DNA of 57,914 nt from a virus. Lineage: Duplodnaviria; Caudoviricetes. Position 1 is the stretch's first letter. Every line of letters starts with the position of its first letter. Shown in pieces: positions 9,034 to 18,283 of this stretch. The notes under the pieces were generated by a model. The model saw only the letters and a list, made by a program, of their open reading frames with translations, was not told the DNA's origin and did not search any database. The stretch is taken from IMG/VR virus record IMGVR_UViG_3300010160_004367, positions 1 to 57,914 of that record. The stretch is one strand, 5' to 3'. The translations under genes were made by a program, and so were the position numbers.

Positions 9034-11223
9034 ATGGCCACCTCGAATTACGATCCGAAAAAAGCAGCAACGTTCAATCAGTTGAGACAACAAGGCCTGT
9101 CTGAATCAGAGGCTCAGGCTCAGGCCGGCATCACCAAAGCAGAGAAAAAAAGTTATCAAATAAACTATGTTGGCAACAACGATCCCAAGAGTGCCAGTTA
9201 TAATCCCAATTATGGCAAAGTAGGCCCGCAAGTCACAGGCGAAAATAAAGCTGCATATGAGGCTGCAATAAAATCAGGACAAACTGAAGAACAAGCCTAT
9301 GCTACATTACAAGCAAAGCAGGCAGACTACGCGGCCACTAACACTTTTCAAGTTGGTGATGTTGCTACAAATGAAAAAACTCCACCTAACGGCAGTGTTG
9401 CACCACAGTCACAAACCACAACACCAGATACCATAAGCGGTGGTGGCAGCACAACCAGAATTGCTGGCCAAAAAGTAGATACTCCTGCTAGTAATGCTGC
9501 GCAAAAACAAGCTGATGCAAAACAAACTGAACTTGATAATTTTTACGCAAACAACCCCAGCAACGCTGAACGGGCCATGGATGGGCTTCCACCGCTGACT
9601 CCGGCAGAGTCCAAAGCACGTATTGAGAAAATTAATCAATTACAAGAAGAAACTGCTGCCTCACAGGCACAGGCAAACAGTCTCAAAGCATCAACTCCAC
9701 CCTCCACAATAGTCACACCCAATACCACCACATCTGACAGCACAACAACTTTTGAAAAAACAGCTGAAAATACTCCTGTGTCAGCACCTGCTGGCGCCGA
9801 TCCTGTGGTCAATCAACAGGCAGGCAGGCAACTGGTAAACAACAATGTGCCAGCCGGTAGTCTGACCCCTGTTCCTACACCAGTAGAGAATCCACAAGTA
9901 CAACCTGTAGCTTCGGTTGTGGTTGCGACTGATGCACCACAACCAGTGGACACTGGAGAATTGTTGACTCCTGAGCAAAGCATCGCTCGGGCACAAGGAT
10001 TGCGATTGGATGTGCCCACTGACGATCCCGCCGCTGCTGCTGCTGACTTTAATGCACGAACCAATCAGAACGTTCAAACTGCCATTGGTGTGCCACAAGA
10101 AGTTCCGGTAGAACAAAGCCTTGCTCCGGGCGAAGAATTAGTCAATACTTCTGCACCTGAACCAGTTCCGCCAGAAACATTTGAAGCTGGAGGCGGTGGC
10201 GGCAATCAAGGCACAATCACTAGAGTAACTTATCAACCTGAAGATGTTCCGCCCACTGAAGATCCAGCAGCCGGTGCCACAGAAGCGGCAGCCGCAGGCG
10301 GTAATGAAAGCACAGTGAACATTGGCACCAATGAAAATCGTGGCGGCAATGTTGAAGCAGCCACAAAACAACGAGCACAAGAGCAAGCAGCACTTCAAGC
10401 AGCATTGGGACAAACAGCCAATGGTGATTGGCGTGTGCGAATTCGTTTGGCCCCAAATTCAAATTATCTTTATAAAGCAGCCGATTCAACATCAATTCTA
10501 GCCCCGCTCAAAGCCAGCGATGGAGTGATATTTCCTTACACTCCAACAATATCAACATCATACAATGCTGAATATGATGCCACTGATTTGACACACAGCA
10601 ACTATCGCGGACAATTTTACAAAAGCAGCAATGTGGGCGACATCAGCATCAATGGAATATTCACAGCGCAAGACACACAAGAAGCTAACTATATGCTGGC
10701 AGTGATACATTTTTTCCGTAGTGTGACAAAAATGTTCTACGGACAAGATGCTGAACGTGGTGCACCACCACCCTTGGTATACTTGTCAGGCTTTGGTCCA
10801 TATCAATTCAACGGACATCCTTGTGTGGTAAAAAGTTTCAACTACAGTTTGCCTAACGACGTTGACTACATACGTACTCAGCCCAACAATTATAATGTGA
10901 ACTTGCTGAATCGCAGAGTAAAACAATCAGTTGCACCATCCAACACCATTGGATCTGTGATAGGACGATTGAGCAATGCAGTTGACTTGCTGGGTAACAT
11001 ACTGAAAAAAGGTGCGCTGCCCGGCGGCGCTGGCGGCACACCTGGCGGACAACCAGGCGTGGCACAACAAGCAGTATACAATACTGCCAACGCTACCTAT
11101 GTGCCTACAAAAATAGAAATACAACTGGGACTGATGCCTATTCAAACACGCAACCAAGTCAGTCAACAATTCAGTCTCAAAGACTATGCCAATGGCAGCT
11201 TGTTGAGAGGAGGGTTTTGGTAA
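9034..11223 (+). CDS. Baseplate/tail-tube initiator-like virion protein with a long low-complexity N-terminal extension
   Basis: The C-terminal ~260 aa (DWRVRI, IFPYTPTI, THSNY, FTAQ, HFFRSVTKMFYG, GAPPPLVYL) resemble the gp48/gp54/CIS-tube-like proteins that precede gp53. The first ~460 aa are A/P/T/Q/E-rich. Confidence 0.6.
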   Translation: MATSNYDPKKAATFNQLRQQGLSESEAQAQAGITKAEKKSYQINYVGNNDPKSASYNPNYGKVGPQVTGENKAAYEAAIKSGQTEEQAYATLQAKQADYAATNTFQVGDVATNEKTPPNGSVAPQSQTTTPDTISGGGSTTRIAGQKVDTPASNAAQKQADAKQTELDNFYANNPSNAERAMDGLPPLTPAESKARIEKINQLQEETAASQAQANSLKASTPPSTIVTPNTTTSDSTTTFEKTAENTPVSAPAGADPVVNQQAGRQLVNNNVPAGSLTPVPTPVENPQVQPVASVVVATDAPQPVDTGELLTPEQSIARAQGLRLDVPTDDPAAAAADFNARTNQNVQTAIGVPQEVPVEQSLAPGEELVNTSAPEPVPPETFEAGGGGGNQGTITRVTYQPEDVPPTEDPAAGATEAAAAGGNESTVNIGTNENRGGNVEAATKQRAQEQAALQAALGQTANGDWRVRIRLAPNSNYLYKAADSTSILAPLKASDGVIFPYTPTISTSYNAEYDATDLTHSNYRGQFYKSSNVGDISINGIFTAQDTQEANYMLAVIHFFRSVTKMFYGQDAERGAPPPLVYLSGFGPYQFNGHPCVVKSFNYSLPNDVDYIRTQPNNYNVNLLNRRVKQSVAPSNTIGSVIGRLSNAVDLLGNILKKGALPGGAGGTPGGQPGVAQQAVYNTANATYVPTKIEIQLGLMPIQTRNQVSQQFSLKDYANGSLLRGGFW

Positions 11224-11525
11224 TGAGCTCCAACTATGATGCCACAAGTCCTTACTTTACCACAGGGTATAGCCAGTTCTTTTTGGATGTAATGGTCAAT
11301 CGTCCCATACCCAAAGAAAGTGACGATGTGGGATTTCAACTGAATCTCACATATCAATACCGCCCAGACTTGTTGGCACATGACCTTTACGGTGATGCCA
11401 GACTGTGGTGGGTGTTTTATCAGCGCAACCCCAACACACTGACCAAACCACCTTTGGATTTTACTGCAAATACTATTATCTATCTGCCCAAGATTACCAC
11501 ACTCAAATCAACCCTGGGGTTTTAA
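11223..11525 (+). CDS. Baseplate wedge protein, gp53-like (LysM/tail X fold)
   Basis: YRPDLLAHDLYGDARLWWVF motif. ATG 11223 overlaps the upstream TAA (TAATG). Confidence 0.8.
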   Translation: MSSNYDATSPYFTTGYSQFFLDVMVNRPIPKESDDVGFQLNLTYQYRPDLLAHDLYGDARLWWVFYQRNPNTLTKPPLDFTANTIIYLPKITTLKSTLGF

Positions 11526-11528
11526 GAT

Positions 11529-14500
11529 ATGGCTACAGTTGCAGAAATTGAACAACAAATAGCCGCACTCCGGGCACGACTAGGCTCCCTTGAGGATGCA
11601 AAGATAACTGTTCAAGCAGAGATTGAACGGTTGCAATTCCAAGCGGTAGACTTAAGATCTGCTGCCAGAAGACAACGAGAGGGCGGCGACATAGCAGGTG
11701 CTGATGCTTTACGAGCGCAAGCCCAGGCCTTGGACGACAGAGCCGCTGGTCTGTACAACAGTCAGGCATTTCGTGACGTAGACACAGCCGAAAGTGAAAT
11801 TCGCCGTCTTGAAAACGATTTATACAATGCACAACAGAAAGCAAAGTTTGAAGAATACCAACAGACTAAGAATCCTGCCACTGAGGAGCGCACTGCGGCA
11901 CAAAAGGCAGAAAGTGACAAAACAACTCCTGTGGTTGACAAACCAGCACCAGTGCCACCAGAAGGTGGTGACAATGCAAACGCTGCCCCCAATGCTGAAA
12001 ATCCACAACAGACACAACAAACAGTAGTGCAAGATGACAAACCACCAGTATCAAACACAACCACACAACAAAACACCAATACTCAGGGCAACCTGGACAG
12101 TTCAGGAACCATAAAGCCACAGGCTAACATTCTGGATCGATTTGCCAGCAACACCTGGTCAGCATCGGTCTACCTGCTGAGCCCTGCACAGTATACAGCA
12201 CTGGTTAGGACCAAGAAAAAAAACGTCAACGGTTATAATTTGCTGTTTCAAAGTGGCGGTGCTTCCAATAATGTAGGCGGTTACCAAGGAGCCTCAAATC
12301 CAGGATACCAAGCCAAAACCACAGCTGAAGGTGGAAATCAAACTGTGGCACCTGGTGTGCCTGGCAGCACCGGACCAGACGCAGGACGCAACCCTGCGTT
12401 TGCACAAGACTTTTACATTGACAACATTTCATTTGAAAATGCCCTGCCTGGCAAGCAAACACAAACCTCACACATGATTTCTAACTTGAAATTCACAGTG
12501 ATAGAACCGGGAAATATTACCTTGCTGGATCGTATCTATGCGGCAGTACAAGACATGGCACAGACTACCAGTAGCAAAAGCAAAAACGTAAACTACACAG
12601 CCACACAATACCTCATGGTCATACGCTGGTATGGCTACGACATTGCCGGTAATTTGATGAAAGTTGGCGCTGCTGATCCCAACACCGGGCTAACAGACCC
12701 CAATGCTGTGGTTGAAAAATTTATTCCGTTCATGATAAGAAAAGTCAATTGGAGTGTGAGCAACAAACTGGTCAGTTATGAATTTGATTGTGCGCCTGTA
12801 GGACAAATTGTGGGAGGCGGCACACGTCGTGGCACCATACCGTATGATGTGGAACTTACTTCTCGCACAGTGGGAGACTTGTTGGCTGGAAATATAATGT
12901 ATTATTCTGGAGGTCCAGGCAGTGGCTCACCAGGTGCAAGCACAACCACAACTGGCACAGCACAGTCTACAGGCGGTGCTGGCATGCAAGGCAATTCAGA
13001 AAGAATGACCACGCAAACTCCCATACAGCAGTCAGCAATGAATACAGCATCTGCTCCCAAAGCTGATGCTGCCCCCGCAAAAAACATCTTGAAACAAGGC
13101 CTGGCTGGTGCAATGACAGAATACTCTGCTCAGCTGGTCACAGACAAAAAAGTATATCAAGTGGCTGATGTGTATGAAGTGGTATTTGCCAACGGTGCTG
13201 AGGACATAAAGAATGCTGTGATTACCCTGCCAGGCGATATAACCACTCAAACGTCAACCCCCATGGGCGTTGCACCCAGTGACAACGCCAACCAAGCAAT
13301 CAGCCCCAACACCAATCCCATGAACACTGCGGCACGCAAATCAAGCATCACTGCTGGCATGCAGATGACTCAAGTGATAGATTTGGCCATTAGAAATTCC
13401 AGCTACATCTATAGCCAAGCTCTCACAGTTTATGATAACGAACAAAAAAAACAAGTGCCCAACCCTGCCGCCACTGGCAAACCAGTGCAGTGGTTCAACG
13501 TCACTTTTCAAGCAGTGCCGTTGGAGTATGACGAAGCCAGAAATGATTTTGCTTATAAAATAACATATATCATCAGCAAGTATGAAATCCCAAATTTTGA
13601 AAGCAGCTATTTTCCTGTGGGCAAGTTTCGCGGTATTCACAAACGTTACCCATACTGGTTCACTGGCGAAAACACAGCAGTGCTGGACTACACAGCCAGT
13701 TTCAATGCTGCCTACAACATGACCATATCTGGCGGCCCTGGACAAGAAAGTGCTGACGCCAAGCTGAAAAAACGAGTGACCAGCAACGGACGTGACATTG
13801 TGAAATACACCTATGCTCCTCGCAGTGATCAAAGCAGCAAAGGCGCTGATGGATTGAGCAATGAAATTGGTGCCAATGCTGCTGAATACCTGTATGCCTA
13901 TGCTGATCCTGGTGGCACCAAACTAAAAATAATCGGCGATCCTGCCTGGATACAACAAGGCAGCTTGGCTGGTGGAGTAGATGCCAGCTCGTTGTCAGTG
14001 CAACCGTTCTTGCCTGACGGCACCATAAACTTTGACAACAGTCAGGTGCTGTTTGAAATTGCCTGGCAACGACCCGAAGACTATGACCTCAGCACTGGCC
14101 TGGCCAATCCTTATGCCAGACCGGGCAACACACCAGGACAACCAGTGCAGACTAATTTTTATCAGGCTACCAAAGTCAGCAATGAGTTTCGTGGTGGCAA
14201 GTTTGAACAAACCATAACTGGAGTGTTGTATTTCTTGACCTTGCCTGATGTTAAAAAAGCCGACAGTTCTGCGGCCATAAGTGCTGCCATGGCCGCGGCA
14301 GGCGGAACATCGGCGTCACAGCCCGAAGACAACAGCTCAAACCGTGCAGAAGATGCCAAGTTTGCTAGACAAGGCAACCGAATGTCTTCTACCACGTCAG
14401 GATCAGCAGTGTTGACCGGGGACGGCGCAGCCGCAGTAACATCACAAATGGCCACTGCACAATCAGCAATGAATCAAGCCAGTGCAGAATTTGTCACCGG

Positions 14501-14735
14501 AACTCCATTGGCTCCAATATTTTCCAATCCAAATTATTCTATGTCAGCCATTACCGGCTCAACATTTGCAGCCGCAGGCATAACTCCGGCTGACACCATT
14601 GCACCAGCACGTTATCCACAGGCACCCACAGGGTCAGGAGTTGGTCCAATCATTACTAACAATGCTCCGTTGCCTTTAAATACAACACTATACAATGTAT
14701 CTCAACGGATACAAAACATGGCCAAAGATAGTTAA
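11529..14735 (+). CDS. Baseplate hub protein (gp27/VgrG N-terminal-like) with N-terminal coiled coil
   Basis: Sits between the gp53-like and gp5-like genes; motifs FYIDNI, FTVIEP, LKIIGDP and YQATKVSNEFRGGKFEQTI. Confidence 0.65.
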   Translation: MATVAEIEQQIAALRARLGSLEDAKITVQAEIERLQFQAVDLRSAARRQREGGDIAGADALRAQAQALDDRAAGLYNSQAFRDVDTAESEIRRLENDLYNAQQKAKFEEYQQTKNPATEERTAAQKAESDKTTPVVDKPAPVPPEGGDNANAAPNAENPQQTQQTVVQDDKPPVSNTTTQQNTNTQGNLDSSGTIKPQANILDRFASNTWSASVYLLSPAQYTALVRTKKKNVNGYNLLFQSGGASNNVGGYQGASNPGYQAKTTAEGGNQTVAPGVPGSTGPDAGRNPAFAQDFYIDNISFENALPGKQTQTSHMISNLKFTVIEPGNITLLDRIYAAVQDMAQTTSSKSKNVNYTATQYLMVIRWYGYDIAGNLMKVGAADPNTGLTDPNAVVEKFIPFMIRKVNWSVSNKLVSYEFDCAPVGQIVGGGTRRGTIPYDVELTSRTVGDLLAGNIMYYSGGPGSGSPGASTTTTGTAQSTGGAGMQGNSERMTTQTPIQQSAMNTASAPKADAAPAKNILKQGLAGAMTEYSAQLVTDKKVYQVADVYEVVFANGAEDIKNAVITLPGDITTQTSTPMGVAPSDNANQAISPNTNPMNTAARKSSITAGMQMTQVIDLAIRNSSYIYSQALTVYDNEQKKQVPNPAATGKPVQWFNVTFQAVPLEYDEARNDFAYKITYIISKYEIPNFESSYFPVGKFRGIHKRYPYWFTGENTAVLDYTASFNAAYNMTISGGPGQESADAKLKKRVTSNGRDIVKYTYAPRSDQSSKGADGLSNEIGANAAEYLYAYADPGGTKLKIIGDPAWIQQGSLAGGVDASSLSVQPFLPDGTINFDNSQVLFEIAWQRPEDYDLSTGLANPYARPGNTPGQPVQTNFYQATKVSNEFRGGKFEQTITGVLYFLTLPDVKKADSSAAISAAMAAAGGTSASQPEDNSSNRAEDAKFARQGNRMSSTTSGSAVLTGDGAAAVTSQMATAQSAMNQASAEFVTGTPLAPIFSNPNYSMSAITGSTFAAAGITPADTIAPARYPQAPTGSGVGPIITNNAPLPLNTTLYNVSQRIQNMAKDS

Positions 14736-14743
14736 GGAAAAAA

Positions 14744-16246
14744 ATGTCAGAAGAAATTCAACGAAGTCGTGGTGTACCAACCAACTACAAACAGGATCGT
14801 GGTGGGGTGCCTGCACAATTTGGACCATTTGCTGGCATTGTAAAAAACAATGTGGATCCCACACGCTCGGGACGACTACAAGTTTATATTGAAGTTTTCT
14901 CTGGCGGCAGTCCTGATGATCCAACCAAATGGACCACAGTCAGTTATCTTCCCAGCTTTTTTGGCAGCACTCAACCCAATCTCACACCTGGCGCAGGAGC
15001 AGGAACTTATCCTGGCAATCAAAACTCATATGGCATGTGGTTCACACCCCCAGACATTGGTATCACTGTGCTGTGTGTGTTTGTCAATGGTGATAGACAG
15101 TTGGGATACTACATTGGCGTTGCACCCGACAACGGGGTAGGTGCCATGGTTCCTGCTATAGGCGGCAGCAACAAGTATATCACAGGCAATAAAAATCAAG
15201 AAACATACTTTGCTGATGCCCCACTGTTGCCTGTAACAGAAATAAACACTACCAATGCAGCAGTAGTCAATGCTGGCCGTTTCTTTGATCAACCCAAGCC
15301 TGTGCAAGCCGTGGTAGCTGGCGCTATGTTCCAGCAAGGGCTGGCCAATGATCCTGAACGTGGTCCCATACGAAGCAGCAGTCAACGTGAAACTCCCAGT
15401 GCTGTGTTTGGCGTGTCTACTCCGGGCATTCCCATCTATCAAGGAGGTATGAAGCCCAACGACATACGTAAAAAGATTCAAAACAATGAATTAAAACCTG
15501 CTGACGCTCGGGTTATAGGACGCATGGGCGGGCACACACTGGTTATGGACGACGGTGATCTTCAAGGCAACAATGCCTTGTTTAGATTGAGAACGCCCAA
15601 AGGTCATCAAATCACCATGAATGACTCGGGTGATTTTTTCTACATCACACATGCCAATGGGCAAACATGGCTGGAGTTTGGTCGCGAAGGCACAGTAGAC
15701 ATATTTTCAACCAATTCAGTAAACATACGCACACAAGGCGATATCAACATGCATGCTGACCGTGACATCAACATGTATGCTGGCGGCAACATACAAGTCA
15801 AAAGTGAAAAAAGCACTACCATGGAAGCAGTCACAGAGTTCAACATCACTGCACAAAAAGACTTTAAAATTTACAGCAAGGCCACTATTGGAGTCAAAGC
15901 AGACGGCTCTTTGCAGTTACAAAGTGCAGACGGCTCATGGAATGGCGGCGAATCGTTGTTGTTCACTGCCGGCGGTATAGACTTAAATGGTCCCACAGCA
16001 CCCACAGTCACATCACCCAAACCCATTGCTACAATTGAGTTGGATGACACAAAATTTAGCACAGCCAAAGGTTGGGAAGTTGACCCCAACGCACTAAAAA
16101 CCATTGTGCCCCGAGCACCCACACATGAACCTTATCCTTATCACAACAAAGGCGTGGATGTGAAAATCAAATTTGAAGAAGGCAAGCCCACACCACCTCC
16201 GGGTGCTGAACCTGTGCCAGCTGGAGTAACCATAAGAGCCAAATGA
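14744..16246 (+). CDS. Baseplate central spike, gp5/VgrG-like (OB fold plus beta-helix, no lysozyme domain)
   Basis: GIVKNNVDPTRSGRLQVYI and YGMWFTPPDIG..VLCVF OB-fold motifs; GHTLVMDDG and RTPKGHQITMND; beta-helix repeats (NIRTQGDINMHADRDINMYAGGNI); C-terminal PTHEPY. Confidence 0.85.
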   Translation: MSEEIQRSRGVPTNYKQDRGGVPAQFGPFAGIVKNNVDPTRSGRLQVYIEVFSGGSPDDPTKWTTVSYLPSFFGSTQPNLTPGAGAGTYPGNQNSYGMWFTPPDIGITVLCVFVNGDRQLGYYIGVAPDNGVGAMVPAIGGSNKYITGNKNQETYFADAPLLPVTEINTTNAAVVNAGRFFDQPKPVQAVVAGAMFQQGLANDPERGPIRSSSQRETPSAVFGVSTPGIPIYQGGMKPNDIRKKIQNNELKPADARVIGRMGGHTLVMDDGDLQGNNALFRLRTPKGHQITMNDSGDFFYITHANGQTWLEFGREGTVDIFSTNSVNIRTQGDINMHADRDINMYAGGNIQVKSEKSTTMEAVTEFNITAQKDFKIYSKATIGVKADGSLQLQSADGSWNGGESLLFTAGGIDLNGPTAPTVTSPKPIATIELDDTKFSTAKGWEVDPNALKTIVPRAPTHEPYPYHNKGVDVKIKFEEGKPTPPPGAEPVPAGVTIRAK

Positions 16247-17847
16247 GCACGTTTACATTTTCTTTAGAAGGCGCCGCCAGTACAGCATCATCCTTTGAGT
16301 CAAAACTTAGTGCCAACACGCCCGATGACAAATTAACTTATTCAGGAAATGATCCTATTGTATGGGATCGTATTAACAATCAACGACTGAGTCGTGGCCT
16401 AGCACCATTATCTAATCCCAGACCCACTGATGATGGGAAAACATATCCTCAAGGTCGAGGTGGCGTTACACCGCCGGGCCAAACATCAAAAACATTTGAC
16501 GTAGATGCTCCGCCAGGTATGACTCGCGAAGAAGCCTACGCAATATTTCAAAAACAGGTCAGCACCGGTGGACTCACTGGGTTCAATCCTGGAGACGTGC
16601 TCAGCGCACAAACACAAGCAGCTGACGGACTAGCGTCAGCACAAGCATCAGTGACCCAAGGGTTGTCAGGATTCCCAGGGACTGATCAAGGCACGTTAAA
16701 TTCTTTTAAAAACATTGGAGACACTGCCAAACAATCTTTAGCAGCGGGCACTACTGGAATCCCGGGTGCTGGATCAATACTGCAACAAACTGGAGCAAAA
16801 ATTGGTGGTTTGTTTAACACTCCGGTTACAAATGGAATCACCACAGCCAACTTTGCAACAACAGCACCGGCACTGGTGTCCATGTCAGGACTAAGCACTA
16901 CAGATGTTCGTGCTACCATGGCATCTGTAGGCACAGCAACAGGCCAGGATTTCAGTCAAGTCACCAACTCAGTGGGCTGTGGCAAGTATGGGTTTGACGC
17001 ACCACAGTTAGAATCAGCAGGCTTACTCAAACCAGGCACAGCCAGCACATATCTCAGTCAAGGATCAAATGATTTAACTTCAGTGTTGAAAAGTCCTGCT
17101 GTATGGACTGGCAAAGGTGGCATTAATAATCTTGACAGTTTGTTGAGTAATCCAGCCGCACAAAATTTGACTCAACAGAATTTAATGAGTTCTGGCCTGG
17201 CGTCTGCCAGTGCGCTTGGGGTGCCAGTCAGCAGCCTTAATCCCAAACAATTGGGCGGGGTAGCATCAGTGTTTAGCAAAAGTTCGGCAGGCGGCACCGA
17301 CTGGATCAAAGGCCAATTGCCGCCTGACAAACAAGCAGATTTTGATGCCAAGTTCAAAGATGCACAGTTTGCTGTTGGTTCAGCAGATGAAAAATTCAAC
17401 GATGCTATGTTGCAACAAGCGCCACCAGGAGAAGCAGTGGACACTGTGAATCGTGAAACACTGACTGCTGCCATGGGCCGGGTGTTTGGTAACGACAAGA
17501 TTCCCCCTATTGATTACAACGGTCCACCACAGCCGCCTTCTAATTTGTTTGCTGAAAACAAACGACTAAACACATTGACCAAAGAACAACAGACCAAACT
17601 GGCAGATCTAGGATCACAAGAAGCCACGGCCAAAACTGCTGACGCATTGATTGCACAGTATACTGCTATTCTCAAATATTTAAATACTTTGGCCAAAGAC
17701 TATGCATCATTGCAAAAAGATGTAGCGGGCAAGCTCTACACTGAGTTCATTGCCGAAGTGGACACAGGATTGGCCACAGTGCTGGCATTGATTGATGACA
17801 TAAGAACCCTATATCTTCCCAACTTGCGCAGACTCAAGGGTGGATAA
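16243..17847 (+). CDS. Baseplate-associated protein with a degenerate lysozyme-like domain and C-terminal coiled coil
   Basis: GKYGF..PQLESAGLLKPG and WTGKGGINNLDSLLSNPAAQ resemble lysozyme-like domains of phage tail proteins; located between gp5 and gp25. Confidence 0.5.
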   Translation: MSTFTFSLEGAASTASSFESKLSANTPDDKLTYSGNDPIVWDRINNQRLSRGLAPLSNPRPTDDGKTYPQGRGGVTPPGQTSKTFDVDAPPGMTREEAYAIFQKQVSTGGLTGFNPGDVLSAQTQAADGLASAQASVTQGLSGFPGTDQGTLNSFKNIGDTAKQSLAAGTTGIPGAGSILQQTGAKIGGLFNTPVTNGITTANFATTAPALVSMSGLSTTDVRATMASVGTATGQDFSQVTNSVGCGKYGFDAPQLESAGLLKPGTASTYLSQGSNDLTSVLKSPAVWTGKGGINNLDSLLSNPAAQNLTQQNLMSSGLASASALGVPVSSLNPKQLGGVASVFSKSSAGGTDWIKGQLPPDKQADFDAKFKDAQFAVGSADEKFNDAMLQQAPPGEAVDTVNRETLTAAMGRVFGNDKIPPIDYNGPPQPPSNLFAENKRLNTLTKEQQTKLADLGSQEATAKTADALIAQYTAILKYLNTLAKDYASLQKDVAGKLYTEFIAEVDTGLATVLALIDDIRTLYLPNLRRLKGG

Positions 17848-17851
17848 TCCA

Positions 17852-17857
17852 TAAATA
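17852..17857 (+). promoter_or_regulatory. Late promoter box (cATAAATA) before gp25
   Basis: Intergenic ATAAATA; ATG 17863 begins 6 nt after the box and no Shine-Dalgarno is present. Confidence 0.65.
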
Positions 17858-17862
17858 TTAGT

Positions 17863-18237
17863 ATGACCACATTTATCGGCTTTAACACCATTGATCAATA
17901 CAAAAAATTTACGTTAACTGATTACAATTTAATTCAGCGTGACTTGTTGAATGCTTTCAACATTCGTCAAGGCGAGTTGCCAGGCCGTCCTGGGTATGGC
18001 ACAGTGATCTGGGACTTTTTGTTTGAAAATCAAGTGGAACAACTACAACAAGATCTTCGTGCAGAAATACAGCGTGTGTGTGGCGGAGATCCCAGAATAG
18101 TGTTGAACGACGTCCAAGCGTATCCACAGGCAAATGGCATTCTTTTACAAATAGAAATCACAGTTGTTCAAACAACCAATGCTGAAATACTCAGCCTTTT
18201 CTTCGACCAACAAACTCGTCAAGCCAGCTACGTATAA
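17863..18237 (+). CDS. gp25: Baseplate wedge subunit, gp25-like
   Basis: LIQRDLLNAFNIRQGE..GRPGYGTVIWDFLFE...DPRI is the GPW/gp25 family pattern. Confidence 0.9.
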   Translation: MTTFIGFNTIDQYKKFTLTDYNLIQRDLLNAFNIRQGELPGRPGYGTVIWDFLFENQVEQLQQDLRAEIQRVCGGDPRIVLNDVQAYPQANGILLQIEITVVQTTNAEILSLFFDQQTRQASYV

Positions 18238-18258
18238 CTGCGCCGTTTTTATTATCAA

Positions 18259-18264
18259 TAAATA
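18259..18264 (+). promoter_or_regulatory. Late promoter box (aATAAATA) before gp6
   Basis: Intergenic ATAAATA about 20 nt before ATG 18284. Confidence 0.6.
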
Positions 18265-18283
18265 AAGCACAGACGAGAGAACC

